The notes under the pieces: generated by a model
Told to the model about the DNA's origin: nothing
The model's database searches: none
Seen by the model: only the letters and a program-made list of their open reading frames with translations
Position numbers and translations under genes: made by a program
Assembly (NCBI GenBank): GCA_963422635.1
Contig: OY730415.1
Location: 2,368,385-2,432,384 of the forward strand
DNA from: Dehalococcoidia bacterium
Lineage (GTDB): Bacteria > Chloroflexota > Dehalococcoidia > Lucifugimonadales > UBA3495
Direction of reading: 5' to 3'
DNA length: 64,000 nucleotides
Part shown: one piece after another, positions 38,600-47,965 of the stretch
Position numbering within the stretch: the first letter of the stretch is position 1
Layout: each line of letters starts with the position of its first letter

Positions 38600-38646
38600 A
38601 AGAATAATTAGCCAGGAGTTTCAGAAACTCCTGGCTAATTATTCTT
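38600..38646. terminator. 47-nt perfect palindrome (23-bp arms) between convergent genes; probable bidirectional terminator
   Basis: AAGAATAATTAGCCAGGAGTTTC-A-GAAACTCCTGGCTAATTATTCTT. Confidence 0.55.
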
Positions 38647-38717
38647 CAGGCGTCGCCCGTCCTTACCTTGTCCAATGCTTCGGCTGCAATTTGCAGTTGA
38701 GGATACGAACCTCTCTC

Positions 38718-39962
38718 CTATTCTTCAAACTTACGGAAGACCACGCAGGAATTCTGCCCGCCGAAGCCAAAGGCGTTGGATATGACCACCCGCACATCAT
38801 GCTTTCGGGCCTGGTTGGGAACGTAGTCCAGGTCGCATTCCGGGTCGGGAGTTTCGTAGTTGATGGTGGGGTGAATCACTCCGGAGGTGATGGTATTGAT
38901 GCAGGCGGCCGCCTCCAGAGCGCCCGAGGCGCCCAGCGCGTGGCCAATCATGGATTTGGTGGAGCTGATGGGGATTTGGTAGGCCAGCTCGCCGAACAGA
39001 CGCTTGATAGCCAGCGTCTCAATGGCGTCATTCAAGGGCGTGGAGGTGCCGTGGGCGTTGATATAATCGACCTCGGCCAAGGCTACGCCAGCATCCTCCA
39101 AGGCCAGCCGCATAGCCTCTCCTGCGCTCCCGCCAGTTTCCTCCGGCTGCACCAGGTGGCCGGCGTCGGCGGTGCAGCCGAAACCAGCCACCTCCACCAG
39201 GATGTTCGCGTCGCGGGCTTGAGCGTGCTCCACCGACTCCAGGGCCAGAATCACCGAACCCTCCGAGGGAACGAACCCGTCCCGCCTAGCGTCAAAGGGA
39301 CGGCTGGCCCGTTCCGGTTCCTCATTGTTCGTGCTCAAGGCGCGCATTACGGCAAAGCCGGATAGCCCCAACTGGCTGATGCCGGCCTCGGTGCCCCCGG
39401 CCAGAACCACATCGGCGCCGCCGCGGCGGATGAGCTCCAAGGCCTCGCCAATAGCGTGGTTGGAGGCGGCGCAAGCGGTAGTGGCGGTGGAGTTGTACCC
39501 CTTGGCTCCCAGGTAATGGCTGACATTGGCCGCCGCCATGTTGGGCAGCACCATAGGGAAGAAGAAGGGAGACATTCGCATCCCGCCCCGGGCAGCCAGG
39601 ATTCGGCAATTTTCCTCCAAAGTAGGAAATCCGCCGTTGCCATTGCCCAGAATCACGCCTACCCGATAGGGGTTTTCCCGCTCCATTTTCAGGTGCGCGT
39701 CCGTCACGGCGTTCAGGCCGGCGGCGACCGCCAGTTGGGAAAACCGGGCCATGCGCCGAACTTCGCGGCCGGATATATAGTCGGTAGGGTCAAAGCCCCG
39801 CACCTCGCCAGCAATCCGGCAGGGGTAACCGGTCGGGTCGCACAGGGTCATCCGATCGATGCCCGATTTGCCGGCCACCAGGTTTTTCCAGTAAACTTCA
39901 GGCGTCTGTCCCAGAGGCGTAATTGCGCCCATCCCGGTGACAACGACCCTTTTCCTATCCAT
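38718..39962 (-). CDS. fabF: beta-ketoacyl-ACP synthase II
   Basis: KAS II pattern: RVVVTGMGAITPLG, active-site Cys context TACAAS, the HGTST and GHALGASG histidines, and SNAFGFGGQN. Confidence 0.9.
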   Translation of the reverse strand: MDRKRVVVTGMGAITPLGQTPEVYWKNLVAGKSGIDRMTLCDPTGYPCRIAGEVRGFDPTDYISGREVRRMARFSQLAVAAGLNAVTDAHLKMERENPYRVGVILGNGNGGFPTLEENCRILAARGGMRMSPFFFPMVLPNMAAANVSHYLGAKGYNSTATTACAASNHAIGEALELIRRGGADVVLAGGTEAGISQLGLSGFAVMRALSTNNEEPERASRPFDARRDGFVPSEGSVILALESVEHAQARDANILVEVAGFGCTADAGHLVQPEETGGSAGEAMRLALEDAGVALAEVDYINAHGTSTPLNDAIETLAIKRLFGELAYQIPISSTKSMIGHALGASGALEAAACINTITSGVIHPTINYETPDPECDLDYVPNQARKHDVRVVISNAFGFGGQNSCVVFRKFEE

Positions 39963-40090
39963 ATTTACACCATGTATAGCCGAAACAATTTCGGCGAGTA
40001 TAACAATAGGCGCTTCAGGCGCAACTTGGGACAGTTCAACAGCCGGTCATCTGTTTGATTTTTGATTAAGGTGTTTGCCATTCAACACCT

Positions 40091-41482
40091 TCAGCCCAAC
40101 GCCGGGCGAGGCGCGCTCCCGTCGAAAGGGGGCAAATCCGGGTATAACTCCGGTTCGATGCCGAAGGCCGCCTCCCGCAGTTCGGCGGCCACAAACAGGG
40201 AACCGGCTCCTAAAATCAGATCGCCCGGCTCAGCCACCGCGCGCGCTTGGGCCAGCGCCTCGGCCACCGTGCCAGCCTTTGCTACATTAGTTATTCCGCT
40301 GCTTCGCATTTGATCGGCCAAAGCAGCCGGCGACAGAGAACGGGGATGCCGGGAACGGGTGGCGATAACTACTGGATTTGCTCCGGCCAGCAGTTCCACC
40401 ATATCGGAAACGCTCTTGTCCCGAGAAAACCCTACAACCAGAACTAGCCGGCGGTAGTCAAAACACTTAGGCAGCTCCTCCAGCAACGTCGCGATAGAGT
40501 AAACATTGTGGGCGCCATCGGCTACCAGTAGCGGGTTGCGCGCCAGCACCTCCAGGCGGCCGGGCCAAGATACGCCAGCCATACCCTCCCGTATGGCCGC
40601 ATCCGCAATGGAATGGCCTTGCTCCCGTAACGTCTCAATGACCGCCAAGGCAGTCGCCGCATTCTCCAGCTGATGGCGGCCCAACAGTGGAATCCGCAAC
40701 CGCCGTTCTCCAAACCGACCTTGTATTGTCAAGAATTGGCCGTCCAGATCCGAGGGGCCGCCCTGCCAGGTTAGGTCAACACCGACCCGAACCGGCCGAG
40801 CGTCCCGTTCCCGGCAAACCTCCAGAATAACTGAAAGAGCTTCGGCGCATTGGGGCGCGATAACTACCGGGACGCCGGGCTTGATAATTCCGGCCTTATC
40901 GGCGGCAATCTGGGCCACCGTGTCGCCCAGAATCGCCACGTGGTCGAGGCTGATGGAGGTTAGGACGCAGACGTCGGGGACCACCACGTTGGTGGCATCC
41001 AACCGGCCGCCCAAGCCAACCTCGATGGTCTGAAAGTCCACTCCATCTTCGGCAAAACACTGGAAGGCCATCCCGGTCATAAATTCGAACAGGGAAATCG
41101 GCCCCAAGTCGGTATCGCCTTCTATTTGGAGTCTTACCGGCTCCAGTTGGCTAACCAGTCCGGCAAACCGGTCTTCCACGATAGATTCGGTATCCCGCCG
41201 GATGCGCTCCCGAAAGGTGTGCAGATGGGGCGAGGAATAAAACCCGGTGCGATACCCGGCGGCGTGCAACGCCGAATCTATCATGGCTGCCGTGCTGCCC
41301 TTCCCCTTGGTTCCGGCAACGTGGACAGTAGAGGGTGAGCGGTGCGGGCTGCCCAATAATTCCAGAAAAGCAGCCATCCGGCTCAAGTCATAGATACGCT
41401 TCTGGCGGGGCGGCGTCGGACTCTGCCGTTCGTGGTCAACGAGGGCCAGAAGACGGTCAATAGCCTGTGAATAATCCATCAT
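40091..41482 (-). CDS. folC: bifunctional folylpolyglutamate synthase / dihydrofolate synthase
   Basis: Mur-ligase P-loop VHVAGTKGKGST and FolC colinearity. Confidence 0.9.
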   Translation of the reverse strand: MMDYSQAIDRLLALVDHERQSPTPPRQKRIYDLSRMAAFLELLGSPHRSPSTVHVAGTKGKGSTAAMIDSALHAAGYRTGFYSSPHLHTFRERIRRDTESIVEDRFAGLVSQLEPVRLQIEGDTDLGPISLFEFMTGMAFQCFAEDGVDFQTIEVGLGGRLDATNVVVPDVCVLTSISLDHVAILGDTVAQIAADKAGIIKPGVPVVIAPQCAEALSVILEVCRERDARPVRVGVDLTWQGGPSDLDGQFLTIQGRFGERRLRIPLLGRHQLENAATALAVIETLREQGHSIADAAIREGMAGVSWPGRLEVLARNPLLVADGAHNVYSIATLLEELPKCFDYRRLVLVVGFSRDKSVSDMVELLAGANPVVIATRSRHPRSLSPAALADQMRSSGITNVAKAGTVAEALAQARAVAEPGDLILGAGSLFVAAELREAAFGIEPELYPDLPPFDGSAPRPALG

Positions 41483-41504
41483 TTGTCTCGCTAACCTAGA
41501 TCGG

Positions 41505-42458
41505 TCAATGGTCCCGAATGTGCGGAGGCATTGCGCCCAAATTCATCTTTAACGCATCGCCAAAAGTAATCGAGTTTACGAAGTTTATGTTACCCTCCAA
41601 GGGTCTTGGCGTAAAGCCGAAGGTTTCTTCCACCATACCCAGTTCGGCCACGTTGCGAACTCGCATCATACGAAGCATTTCGGTAGTAATCGGCGGCTTG
41701 GACATCACCTTTTGCATCAGCGCCACGTTAAGCCACATCAGCCATAAGGGGATGTGTATTCGCGGGCGACGTTTGCCCATAGCGCGGGCCACAATACTGA
41801 CAATTTCGTTATAACTCAACTGGGCCGGGCCGCCAATATCCACCGTGTGGCCTTGCAGGTCGTGCCGACTGAGCGACAAGGCGATACACTGGGCCACATC
41901 CTCGACGAATATCGGCTGCAAGCGGTTCCGACCACTAGCAACTACCGGCGCCAGAGGGAACAGCCGGACCAGCGCCGCCAGGGAGTTGATGAACTCGTCG
42001 CCCTCGCCAAAAATTATGGCGGGGCGAAGGACCGTGTAAGGCAATCCACTGTTGACGACAGCCCGTTCTCCTTGCCACTTGCTATATAAATAGGGATAGA
42101 CTGGATTGTTGACGGCGCCCACGGCGCTCACCTGGATAAATTGCTGGACGCTGCCGCCGGCTTGGGCCGCGGCTAACACATTTTCCACCCCGGCGCGATT
42201 TACGCCGTCGAAGGTGGCCCCTCGGCTTTCACGGATGACCGCAACCAGGTGAATTACCTGTTCAACCCCGCGACAGGCGCTGGACAGGGCATCGGCGTCG
42301 CTAATATCGCCATAGTACACGTCCACCGAACCCGGCGGAAAGATGCGCTCCCGCCCCGGGCGGCGCACCAAGCAACGCACTTGGTAGCTATGGTCAAGCA
42401 GCTTTCGCACCACCCGGCGCCCCAGAAATCCGGTGGAGCCGGTAACCAGCACCGTCAT
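41505..42458 (-). CDS. NAD(P)H-binding SDR-family protein (NDUFA9/NmrA-like epimerase fold)
   Basis: Rossmann N-terminus VLVTGSTGFLGRRVV and a YxxxK region (YLYSKW). Confidence 0.8.
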   Translation of the reverse strand: MTVLVTGSTGFLGRRVVRKLLDHSYQVRCLVRRPGRERIFPPGSVDVYYGDISDADALSSACRGVEQVIHLVAVIRESRGATFDGVNRAGVENVLAAAQAGGSVQQFIQVSAVGAVNNPVYPYLYSKWQGERAVVNSGLPYTVLRPAIIFGEGDEFINSLAALVRLFPLAPVVASGRNRLQPIFVEDVAQCIALSLSRHDLQGHTVDIGGPAQLSYNEIVSIVARAMGKRRPRIHIPLWLMWLNVALMQKVMSKPPITTEMLRMMRVRNVAELGMVEETFGFTPRPLEGNINFVNSITFGDALKMNLGAMPPHIRDH

Positions 42459-42686
42459 TTTCCACTCCTTTGCGCTTCTCCAACGCTCCGATAGCGAACA
42501 ACCTCTGCCCTGAAGGATTTCAGATTCCCCGCTTCGCTCGGAACGACAGTTCGGGAACGCCGGTGATTAAAACACGCTGGCCCAACCGGTTGAACCGGCA
42601 ATTACGGTATAACTCTCCCTAACTCCCCTCCTATTGTAATATAAAATCAGGAGTTAAGGGTCATATAATATCTTTAATATCCTGGG

Positions 42687-42726
42687 CAACCGGGGTAGCT
42701 GTGGCAACGTCAACCGGGGTAGCTGT
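42687..42726. repeat. two identical 16-nt direct repeats (24-nt period) in the leader of the LLM oxidoreductase gene
   Basis: CAACCGGGGTAGCTGT occurs at 42687-42702 and 42711-42726, downstream of a TATAAT at 42664-42669. Confidence 0.85.
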
Positions 42727-42775
42727 CCGAATCCTGAAGCGACGGCCTAATTCAGCTTGGAGGCAAGCATATCCG

Positions 42776-43726
42776 ATGAGCCAGCCGGAACTGCGTTTTG
42801 GGGCCAGCGTTGTCTTGGGAGCGGCGGAAGTTGCCGCCGAAGGCCGCTGGCTGGAAGAGTTGGGCTATGAATACCTTTCCGCCGGTGAACACTTTATGCG
42901 AGGCCGCCCGCCGGGGCCGACTCATGCCGCCCTGCCTTTGTTGGCGGTAGCCGCCGGAGCCACCGAAAATATCCGATTGCTCTCCTCCATCTTGCTTGCG
43001 CCCTTCTATCATCCTCTTACCCTGGCGAAACTGACCGCCACCCTGGACATTACCTCCGGGGGCCGGCTGACCCTGGGGGTAGGCGTTGGCGGCGAGTTTC
43101 CCGTGGAGTTTGAGGCCGCCGGGCTGGAGGTACGGCAGCGAGGCCGCCGCACCAACGAATGTCTGGACGTCCTGCGGCGTCTCTGGACGGAGCGGGAAGT
43201 ATCCTTCGCCGGCCGGCACTTCCAAATGAACAACGCAAGCATCAACCCGCCGCCGACCCAGCAGCCCCATCCTCCGGTCTGGGTGGCGGGACGCCGGGAA
43301 GCGGCCATGCGACGGGCGGCGCGCTACGGCGACGGCTGGCTCCCCTACTTCTATAACCCGAACCGCTACCGGGACAGCGTGGCGAAAATCACCGGCTTCG
43401 CCCAAGAAGCGGAACGGGACTTGGCGGGCTTTCAGTGGGCCTTCTTCCCCTACATCGCCATCTACCCAACAGAACCGGAAGCCGCCGAGGCGGCAGCGAC
43501 CGCCTTGGGAGGTCGCTACCTTTATGGCGGCGACTTTCTCAACATCGTCCGCAACTACTGCTTGCTGGGGACGCCGGAAATGTGTATCCAACGCTTGCAA
43601 GAGTATATTGACGCGGGCGCGCGGCACATAATTTTCAGCGTAGCCTGTCCCCGGGAAGACCGGGTGAGACATATCGAGACAATCGCAGCGGAAATTATCC
43701 CCCATTTTCGCCGCCGGGACAGCTAA
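42776..43726 (+). CDS. LLM-class flavin/F420-dependent oxidoreductase (intact)
   Basis: Luciferase-like pattern (LEELGYEYLSAGEHF, LLAPFYHPLTLAKLTATLD, GRLTLGVGVGG, HPPVWVAG, YGDGWLP). ATG at 42776 was chosen over the track start at 42701. Confidence 0.85.
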   Translation: MSQPELRFGASVVLGAAEVAAEGRWLEELGYEYLSAGEHFMRGRPPGPTHAALPLLAVAAGATENIRLLSSILLAPFYHPLTLAKLTATLDITSGGRLTLGVGVGGEFPVEFEAAGLEVRQRGRRTNECLDVLRRLWTEREVSFAGRHFQMNNASINPPPTQQPHPPVWVAGRREAAMRRAARYGDGWLPYFYNPNRYRDSVAKITGFAQEAERDLAGFQWAFFPYIAIYPTEPEAAEAAATALGGRYLYGGDFLNIVRNYCLLGTPEMCIQRLQEYIDAGARHIIFSVACPREDRVRHIETIAAEIIPHFRRRDS

Positions 43727-43929
43727 TAACACCGGTGGTTTATATCCGTCGCCGGTCATACTTCGGGACATTATCAGCCTAATCAGATAAAAGACTGGGT
43801 TATGTATTGTTACCCTCTTATGGTGTATAATACTAAAATACGCTCTGACTTAACCGGAACATCGGAGCAGGATCAGGTACATGGGGCGACGCCTCAAGGC
43901 TCACAGCGCTGGTTGGTAAGGGGAAAATA

Positions 43930-45738
43930 ATGGGAGTAACGATGTCAAAAATAAAGCGGGTGGTTATGGTGCAGCCGGCCTCCACCGGCGGCAACTTTGA
44001 GTATATGGCTATTCCCCGGCAGGGGATGCTGTTCCTTTCAACCGCCTTGGGCCAGTGGGAAGACGGGCCTTTCCTATACGAAAGGGAAATATGGTTCGAA
44101 GACCGCAGCGGGTTGATGGACCCGGACAAGGACCTGGAAGGGGTCGATATCCTGTTAGTAACCGCGTTGATTAACGAAGCTCCCCGGGCTTATCAGATTG
44201 CCCGTCAAGCCAAGCTGCACCACCCTAACCTAGTTACCATCGGCGGCGGACCGCAGATGGGGCCTCTGCCGGAAGAAGCCTTTGCAATGGGCAATTTCGA
44301 CGTTATTGTGCAGCGGGAGGCTGAAGATATTGTCGCTTCCCTCTGCGACCTGTTGCTCACCTATCCGGCCGGCGCCCGGGAATCCTACCTGGAAAAGGTT
44401 CCCGGCATCAGTTTTCGCAGGGACGGGCAGGTAATTCAGACCCGTCGGCAGGGACTGGTTGACCCAGCCTTCGCCGAGTTGCCCGACTTTCGCTCAATCA
44501 AAGACCTGACCCCGCAGCAGCCTATGCCCGGCGGGGTCTTGGAAACGGTGCGAGGCTGCACCGAGAAATGCACCTACTGCCAGGTAATTCAGCAGTTTCT
44601 GGGCTACCGGCTAATATCCCGCGAAACGGAGATTAAGCGGCTGCACCAGCTGCAAGAGTTGGCCTCCGAGGGGCTGTTTCATACCGGTCGTAACGGTAAG
44701 CTGAACGTGTTTATCTCCGACGACCTGCACACCCCCCCGCTGCGGGCGGTCAAGTACCGAAACGAGCGGCTGGAGCGGCTGCGGAACTGGCAGGGCCACA
44801 CCGACGATATGTATATGATCTGCCAAGCGCGGGCCGAGGTGGGCCAAGACCCGGAGCTGGCTCAAGCTATGTTAGACGCAAACATCCGGATGCTGTACCT
44901 GGGGGTGGAGTCCAACAACGCCGAGAATCTCTTGGTGGTAAACAAGCGTCAAGAACCGGGTCAGATGGAACGGGATTTGCGTACCCTGAACGAAATGGAC
45001 TTTTCCGTGGTGGCAATGACCATCATCGGCCTACCCTTTGACAGCGAGCAAGACATTATGAACCTGGCGGACTGGGTAACCCAGTATAGCCGATACCAGA
45101 CGGCCAACCTGTTGACGCCTTTGCCGGCCACCTCAAACTGGGACTCGTTAACGCCCTTGAATGAGCATGGGGAACTGTTGCAAGAAGGGGAAATGCGCCC
45201 CTACCACCTCTACACCGGGCGCCAGTTCGTCCATTATGATGAGCGCTGGTCAATGCAGGAGAGCCGGGAGTTGTTTGACCGCTATTCGGCTAAACTGACT
45301 TCGGTGGATAATCTGTACGGTCGGATTTTCCGCATCCTGCGGTCTTACCGGTTGCGCTTGGCCGCAACCGGCCGCGACTTGGGCGACTCCATCAACTCCC
45401 GCCTCAGCGAAGCCTCCGACGCCTTGCGTAACTGGTCCGACCCAGTATCCCTCGCCAGCAAGGAGTTCGGCCAGAACATCTCCCAGCAGGTGGAGGAACT
45501 GGCCGAGACCTTGAAGGCCGTGTCCCAGCCCTTGGCTAACACCCGCCGCGACTTGGCCGAGAATATCAACAGCAAGGTAAACGAACTGACCGACGCCCTG
45601 AAAACTATGTCCGACCCGGTCAGCGCCGGCAAAAAGGATCTGGCCGACAACATTTCCGGGCGAATAACGGAGCTTTCCGAGATGATTAACGGCGTACTGG
45701 CGGATTCTATTCCCCGGCGGCGCACGGCCAAGGAATAA
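43930..45738 (+). CDS. B12-binding-domain radical SAM protein with repeat-containing C-terminal tail
   Basis: N-terminal Rossmann-like B12-type domain, then the CxxxCxxC cluster motif (RGCTEKCTYCQV). The C-terminal 121 aa is built from four tandem repeats. An alternative start is the ATG at 43942. Confidence 0.85.
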   Translation: MGVTMSKIKRVVMVQPASTGGNFEYMAIPRQGMLFLSTALGQWEDGPFLYEREIWFEDRSGLMDPDKDLEGVDILLVTALINEAPRAYQIARQAKLHHPNLVTIGGGPQMGPLPEEAFAMGNFDVIVQREAEDIVASLCDLLLTYPAGARESYLEKVPGISFRRDGQVIQTRRQGLVDPAFAELPDFRSIKDLTPQQPMPGGVLETVRGCTEKCTYCQVIQQFLGYRLISRETEIKRLHQLQELASEGLFHTGRNGKLNVFISDDLHTPPLRAVKYRNERLERLRNWQGHTDDMYMICQARAEVGQDPELAQAMLDANIRMLYLGVESNNAENLLVVNKRQEPGQMERDLRTLNEMDFSVVAMTIIGLPFDSEQDIMNLADWVTQYSRYQTANLLTPLPATSNWDSLTPLNEHGELLQEGEMRPYHLYTGRQFVHYDERWSMQESRELFDRYSAKLTSVDNLYGRIFRILRSYRLRLAATGRDLGDSINSRLSEASDALRNWSDPVSLASKEFGQNISQQVEELAETLKAVSQPLANTRRDLAENINSKVNELTDALKTMSDPVSAGKKDLADNISGRITELSEMINGVLADSIPRRRTAKE

Positions 45739-46001
45739 GCGGGTTAGTGTTTGACTCTCCCTTCCCTTGCAGCCACATCCCAGGGGCCCGGCAGGCCCAG
45801 GGTGGGTTTCGGAGAGACGCCACATCCTGGCCTGTCGGTTCATATTTGGGCTAGGAGCATCCCCGTTAAGTCAATCAAACCAATCAGTTATCCGGGAAAC
45901 ACGACCGGCTAAAGTCAGCGAATCCGGCAGCTTAAAAGGTCGTTCCAGACCGGAGGCTTCGCTGGAATTACCAGTAAGACAAAACCATCGCCAGGGATAA
46001 A

Positions 46002-47255
46002 ATGAGCGATACGCACCGTGTATTTGTTACCGGCTTGGGAATAATCAGCCCCTTAGGGTTAGATGTGGCGTCAACTTGGGCCGGTATCGTTGAGGGCAAG
46101 TCGGGCATAGATTTCATTACCGCTTTCGATACCGAGGGGTTCGACACCACCTTTGCCGCCGAGGTAAGGGGCTTCAACCCGGAAAAATACCTGGAACGCA
46201 AAGAGAGCCGGCGAATGGATCGCTTTGCCCAGTTCGCCGCCGTCGCTGCGCAACAGGCCTGCCGCCATGCCAGTATCAACCTGGAATCGGAAGACCCCTT
46301 CCGGGTCGGCGCAATCATCGGCAGCGGCATCGGCGGCATTTCCACCTTGTCCCAACAGTACGACGTACTCCGCGACCGGGGACCCCGGCGGGTTACGCCC
46401 TTCCTGATACCGATGATGCTGGGCGATATGGCTTCAGCCCAAGTATCCATGGTTACCGGCGCCATGGGCGCCAACTATTGTGTGGTGTCCTCCTGCTCCA
46501 GCGGCGCCGACGCTCTGGGCCAGGGTTGGGAAATGATACGCCGGGGCCAAGCCGACGTGGTGCTGGCCGGGGGCAGCGAAGCGCCCATTGTCCCCATCGG
46601 CCTGGCCGGGTTTAATTCCCTACGTGCCTTGTCCCGCTTCAACGAAGACCCGCCTCGGGCCAGTCGCCCCTTTAACCGAGACCGGGACGGGTTCGTTTTG
46701 GGCGAGGGGGCGGCGGTACTGGTTCTGGAAAGCGAAAAGCACCTGCGAGAACGGGAAGCTCCTCCCTTGGCAGAACTGCGCGGCTACGGAGCCACCTCCG
46801 ACGCTCACCACCTGACCGAGCCGAACCCCACCGGACAGAGCGCGGCCAAGGCTATTCAACTGGCCTTGGCCGCGGCGGCGGTCGATGTATCCGAGGTGGA
46901 CTACCTTAACGCCCACGGCACCTCCACCCCCCTCAACGACCGGCAGGAGACCAAGGCCATCAAGCTGGCGCTGGGGGAGGAAGCCTACCGGCTACCGATA
47001 AGCTCCAGCAAGTCTATGACCGGCCACCTGCTAGGCGCCGGGGGAGCCTTGGAAGCGGCTGTCTGCGTTATGGCGATTCAGGACAACATTATGCCGCCCA
47101 CCATCAACCTGCTGGACCCGGACCCGGAATGCGATCTGGACTATATTCCGCTCCAGGCCCGGCGGGAAAAGGTGGATGTGACCATGAGCAACTCCTTCGG
47201 GTTTGGCGGCCACAACTCCGTGATTATCCTGACCAATCCGACTTGGGCCGACTAA
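46002..47255 (+). CDS. fabF: beta-ketoacyl-ACP synthase II (second copy)
   Basis: RVFVTGLGIISPLG, active-site context SSCSSG, HGTST, GHLLGAGG and SNSFGFGGHN. Confidence 0.9.
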   Translation: MSDTHRVFVTGLGIISPLGLDVASTWAGIVEGKSGIDFITAFDTEGFDTTFAAEVRGFNPEKYLERKESRRMDRFAQFAAVAAQQACRHASINLESEDPFRVGAIIGSGIGGISTLSQQYDVLRDRGPRRVTPFLIPMMLGDMASAQVSMVTGAMGANYCVVSSCSSGADALGQGWEMIRRGQADVVLAGGSEAPIVPIGLAGFNSLRALSRFNEDPPRASRPFNRDRDGFVLGEGAAVLVLESEKHLREREAPPLAELRGYGATSDAHHLTEPNPTGQSAAKAIQLALAAAAVDVSEVDYLNAHGTSTPLNDRQETKAIKLALGEEAYRLPISSSKSMTGHLLGAGGALEAAVCVMAIQDNIMPPTINLLDPDPECDLDYIPLQARREKVDVTMSNSFGFGGHNSVIILTNPTWAD

Positions 47256-47270
47256 CCGGGCGGCTCGACT

Positions 47271-47813
47271 TTGTTTCGGCGTCCGCAGCCGGATGAGGCA
47301 GCCGCAGAACGTCCCTCCTTTTCTAAAGGGGAACGGATTGGCAGCGCCGTCGCCCATGCCGCGCCCCTGTTGGTCGGCGTTCCCTTGCTTCCCCTGCTGG
47401 GACATCCCGGCATGGTCTTACTGCCCTGCCCGATAGTGGCTTACGTCATAGCCCGCGCCTTCCGCCGTCGCCAAGCGGCTTGGGGGGCCTTCCAAGGAAT
47501 GCAAGCAACGCTGGCGCAGCTAATCCTGGTAGCGCTGGTTCTTGCCGCCGGGTTGATGCAGGGAACATCCCTCGCCGAGTCAATGCCGCAAATCCCGCTA
47601 GTCATCCTGGTCAGCTCCTTCCTGCTATTCCTCTATGCCCTATGGGGAGCTTGGGATACTGCCTGGGGCTATGATTTCCGCTACATCTTCGTCAGCGGCT
47701 TGGTTGACCGGATAACCGACGCCAGCTTGCGCCGGCAAGAAAGTCGTCGGCGCAGTAATGATTCACCCAACCCTCCCCATCGCCCCGGCGAGCGTCCACC
47801 GGAAAACCGCTAA
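47271..47813 (+). CDS. small membrane protein (DUF4870-like) with basic/Pro-rich tail
   Basis: ERIGSAVAHAAPLL.. followed by 3-4 TM helices. The TTG start lies 16 nt after the fabF stop. Confidence 0.5.
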   Translation: MFRRPQPDEAAAERPSFSKGERIGSAVAHAAPLLVGVPLLPLLGHPGMVLLPCPIVAYVIARAFRRRQAAWGAFQGMQATLAQLILVALVLAAGLMQGTSLAESMPQIPLVILVSSFLLFLYALWGAWDTAWGYDFRYIFVSGLVDRITDASLRRQESRRRSNDSPNPPHRPGERPPENR

Positions 47814-47965
47814 CATTGGCATTGGCCTCTAGCCGCGGCTCTTTTCATAGACTAAGCTGTTCTCATCTCGATTTCTTGCCCTTATTCCCTTCATCCACCC
47901 CCTATCGACGGTAGATAGTTAGCTAAGGGAATGACCCAGGATTCACGAAAAGGTAACTTGTACGT

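Noticed and set aside
38559-39365. 268-aa plus-strand ORF overlapping fabF and the 47-nt palindrome
   Set aside because: It is antisense to a clear KAS II gene and reads through the palindromic terminator.
42752-43771. 339-aa minus-strand ORF opposite the LLM oxidoreductase
   Set aside because: The plus strand gives a full-length luciferase-like protein with conserved segments. The minus-strand frame is Gly/Arg/Pro-rich and featureless.
43727-43929. Cobalamin riboswitch upstream of the B12-domain radical SAM gene
   Set aside because: There is no B12-box (GCCACTG-like) or surrounding conserved core. The leader after the putative TATAAT is only about 90 nt.
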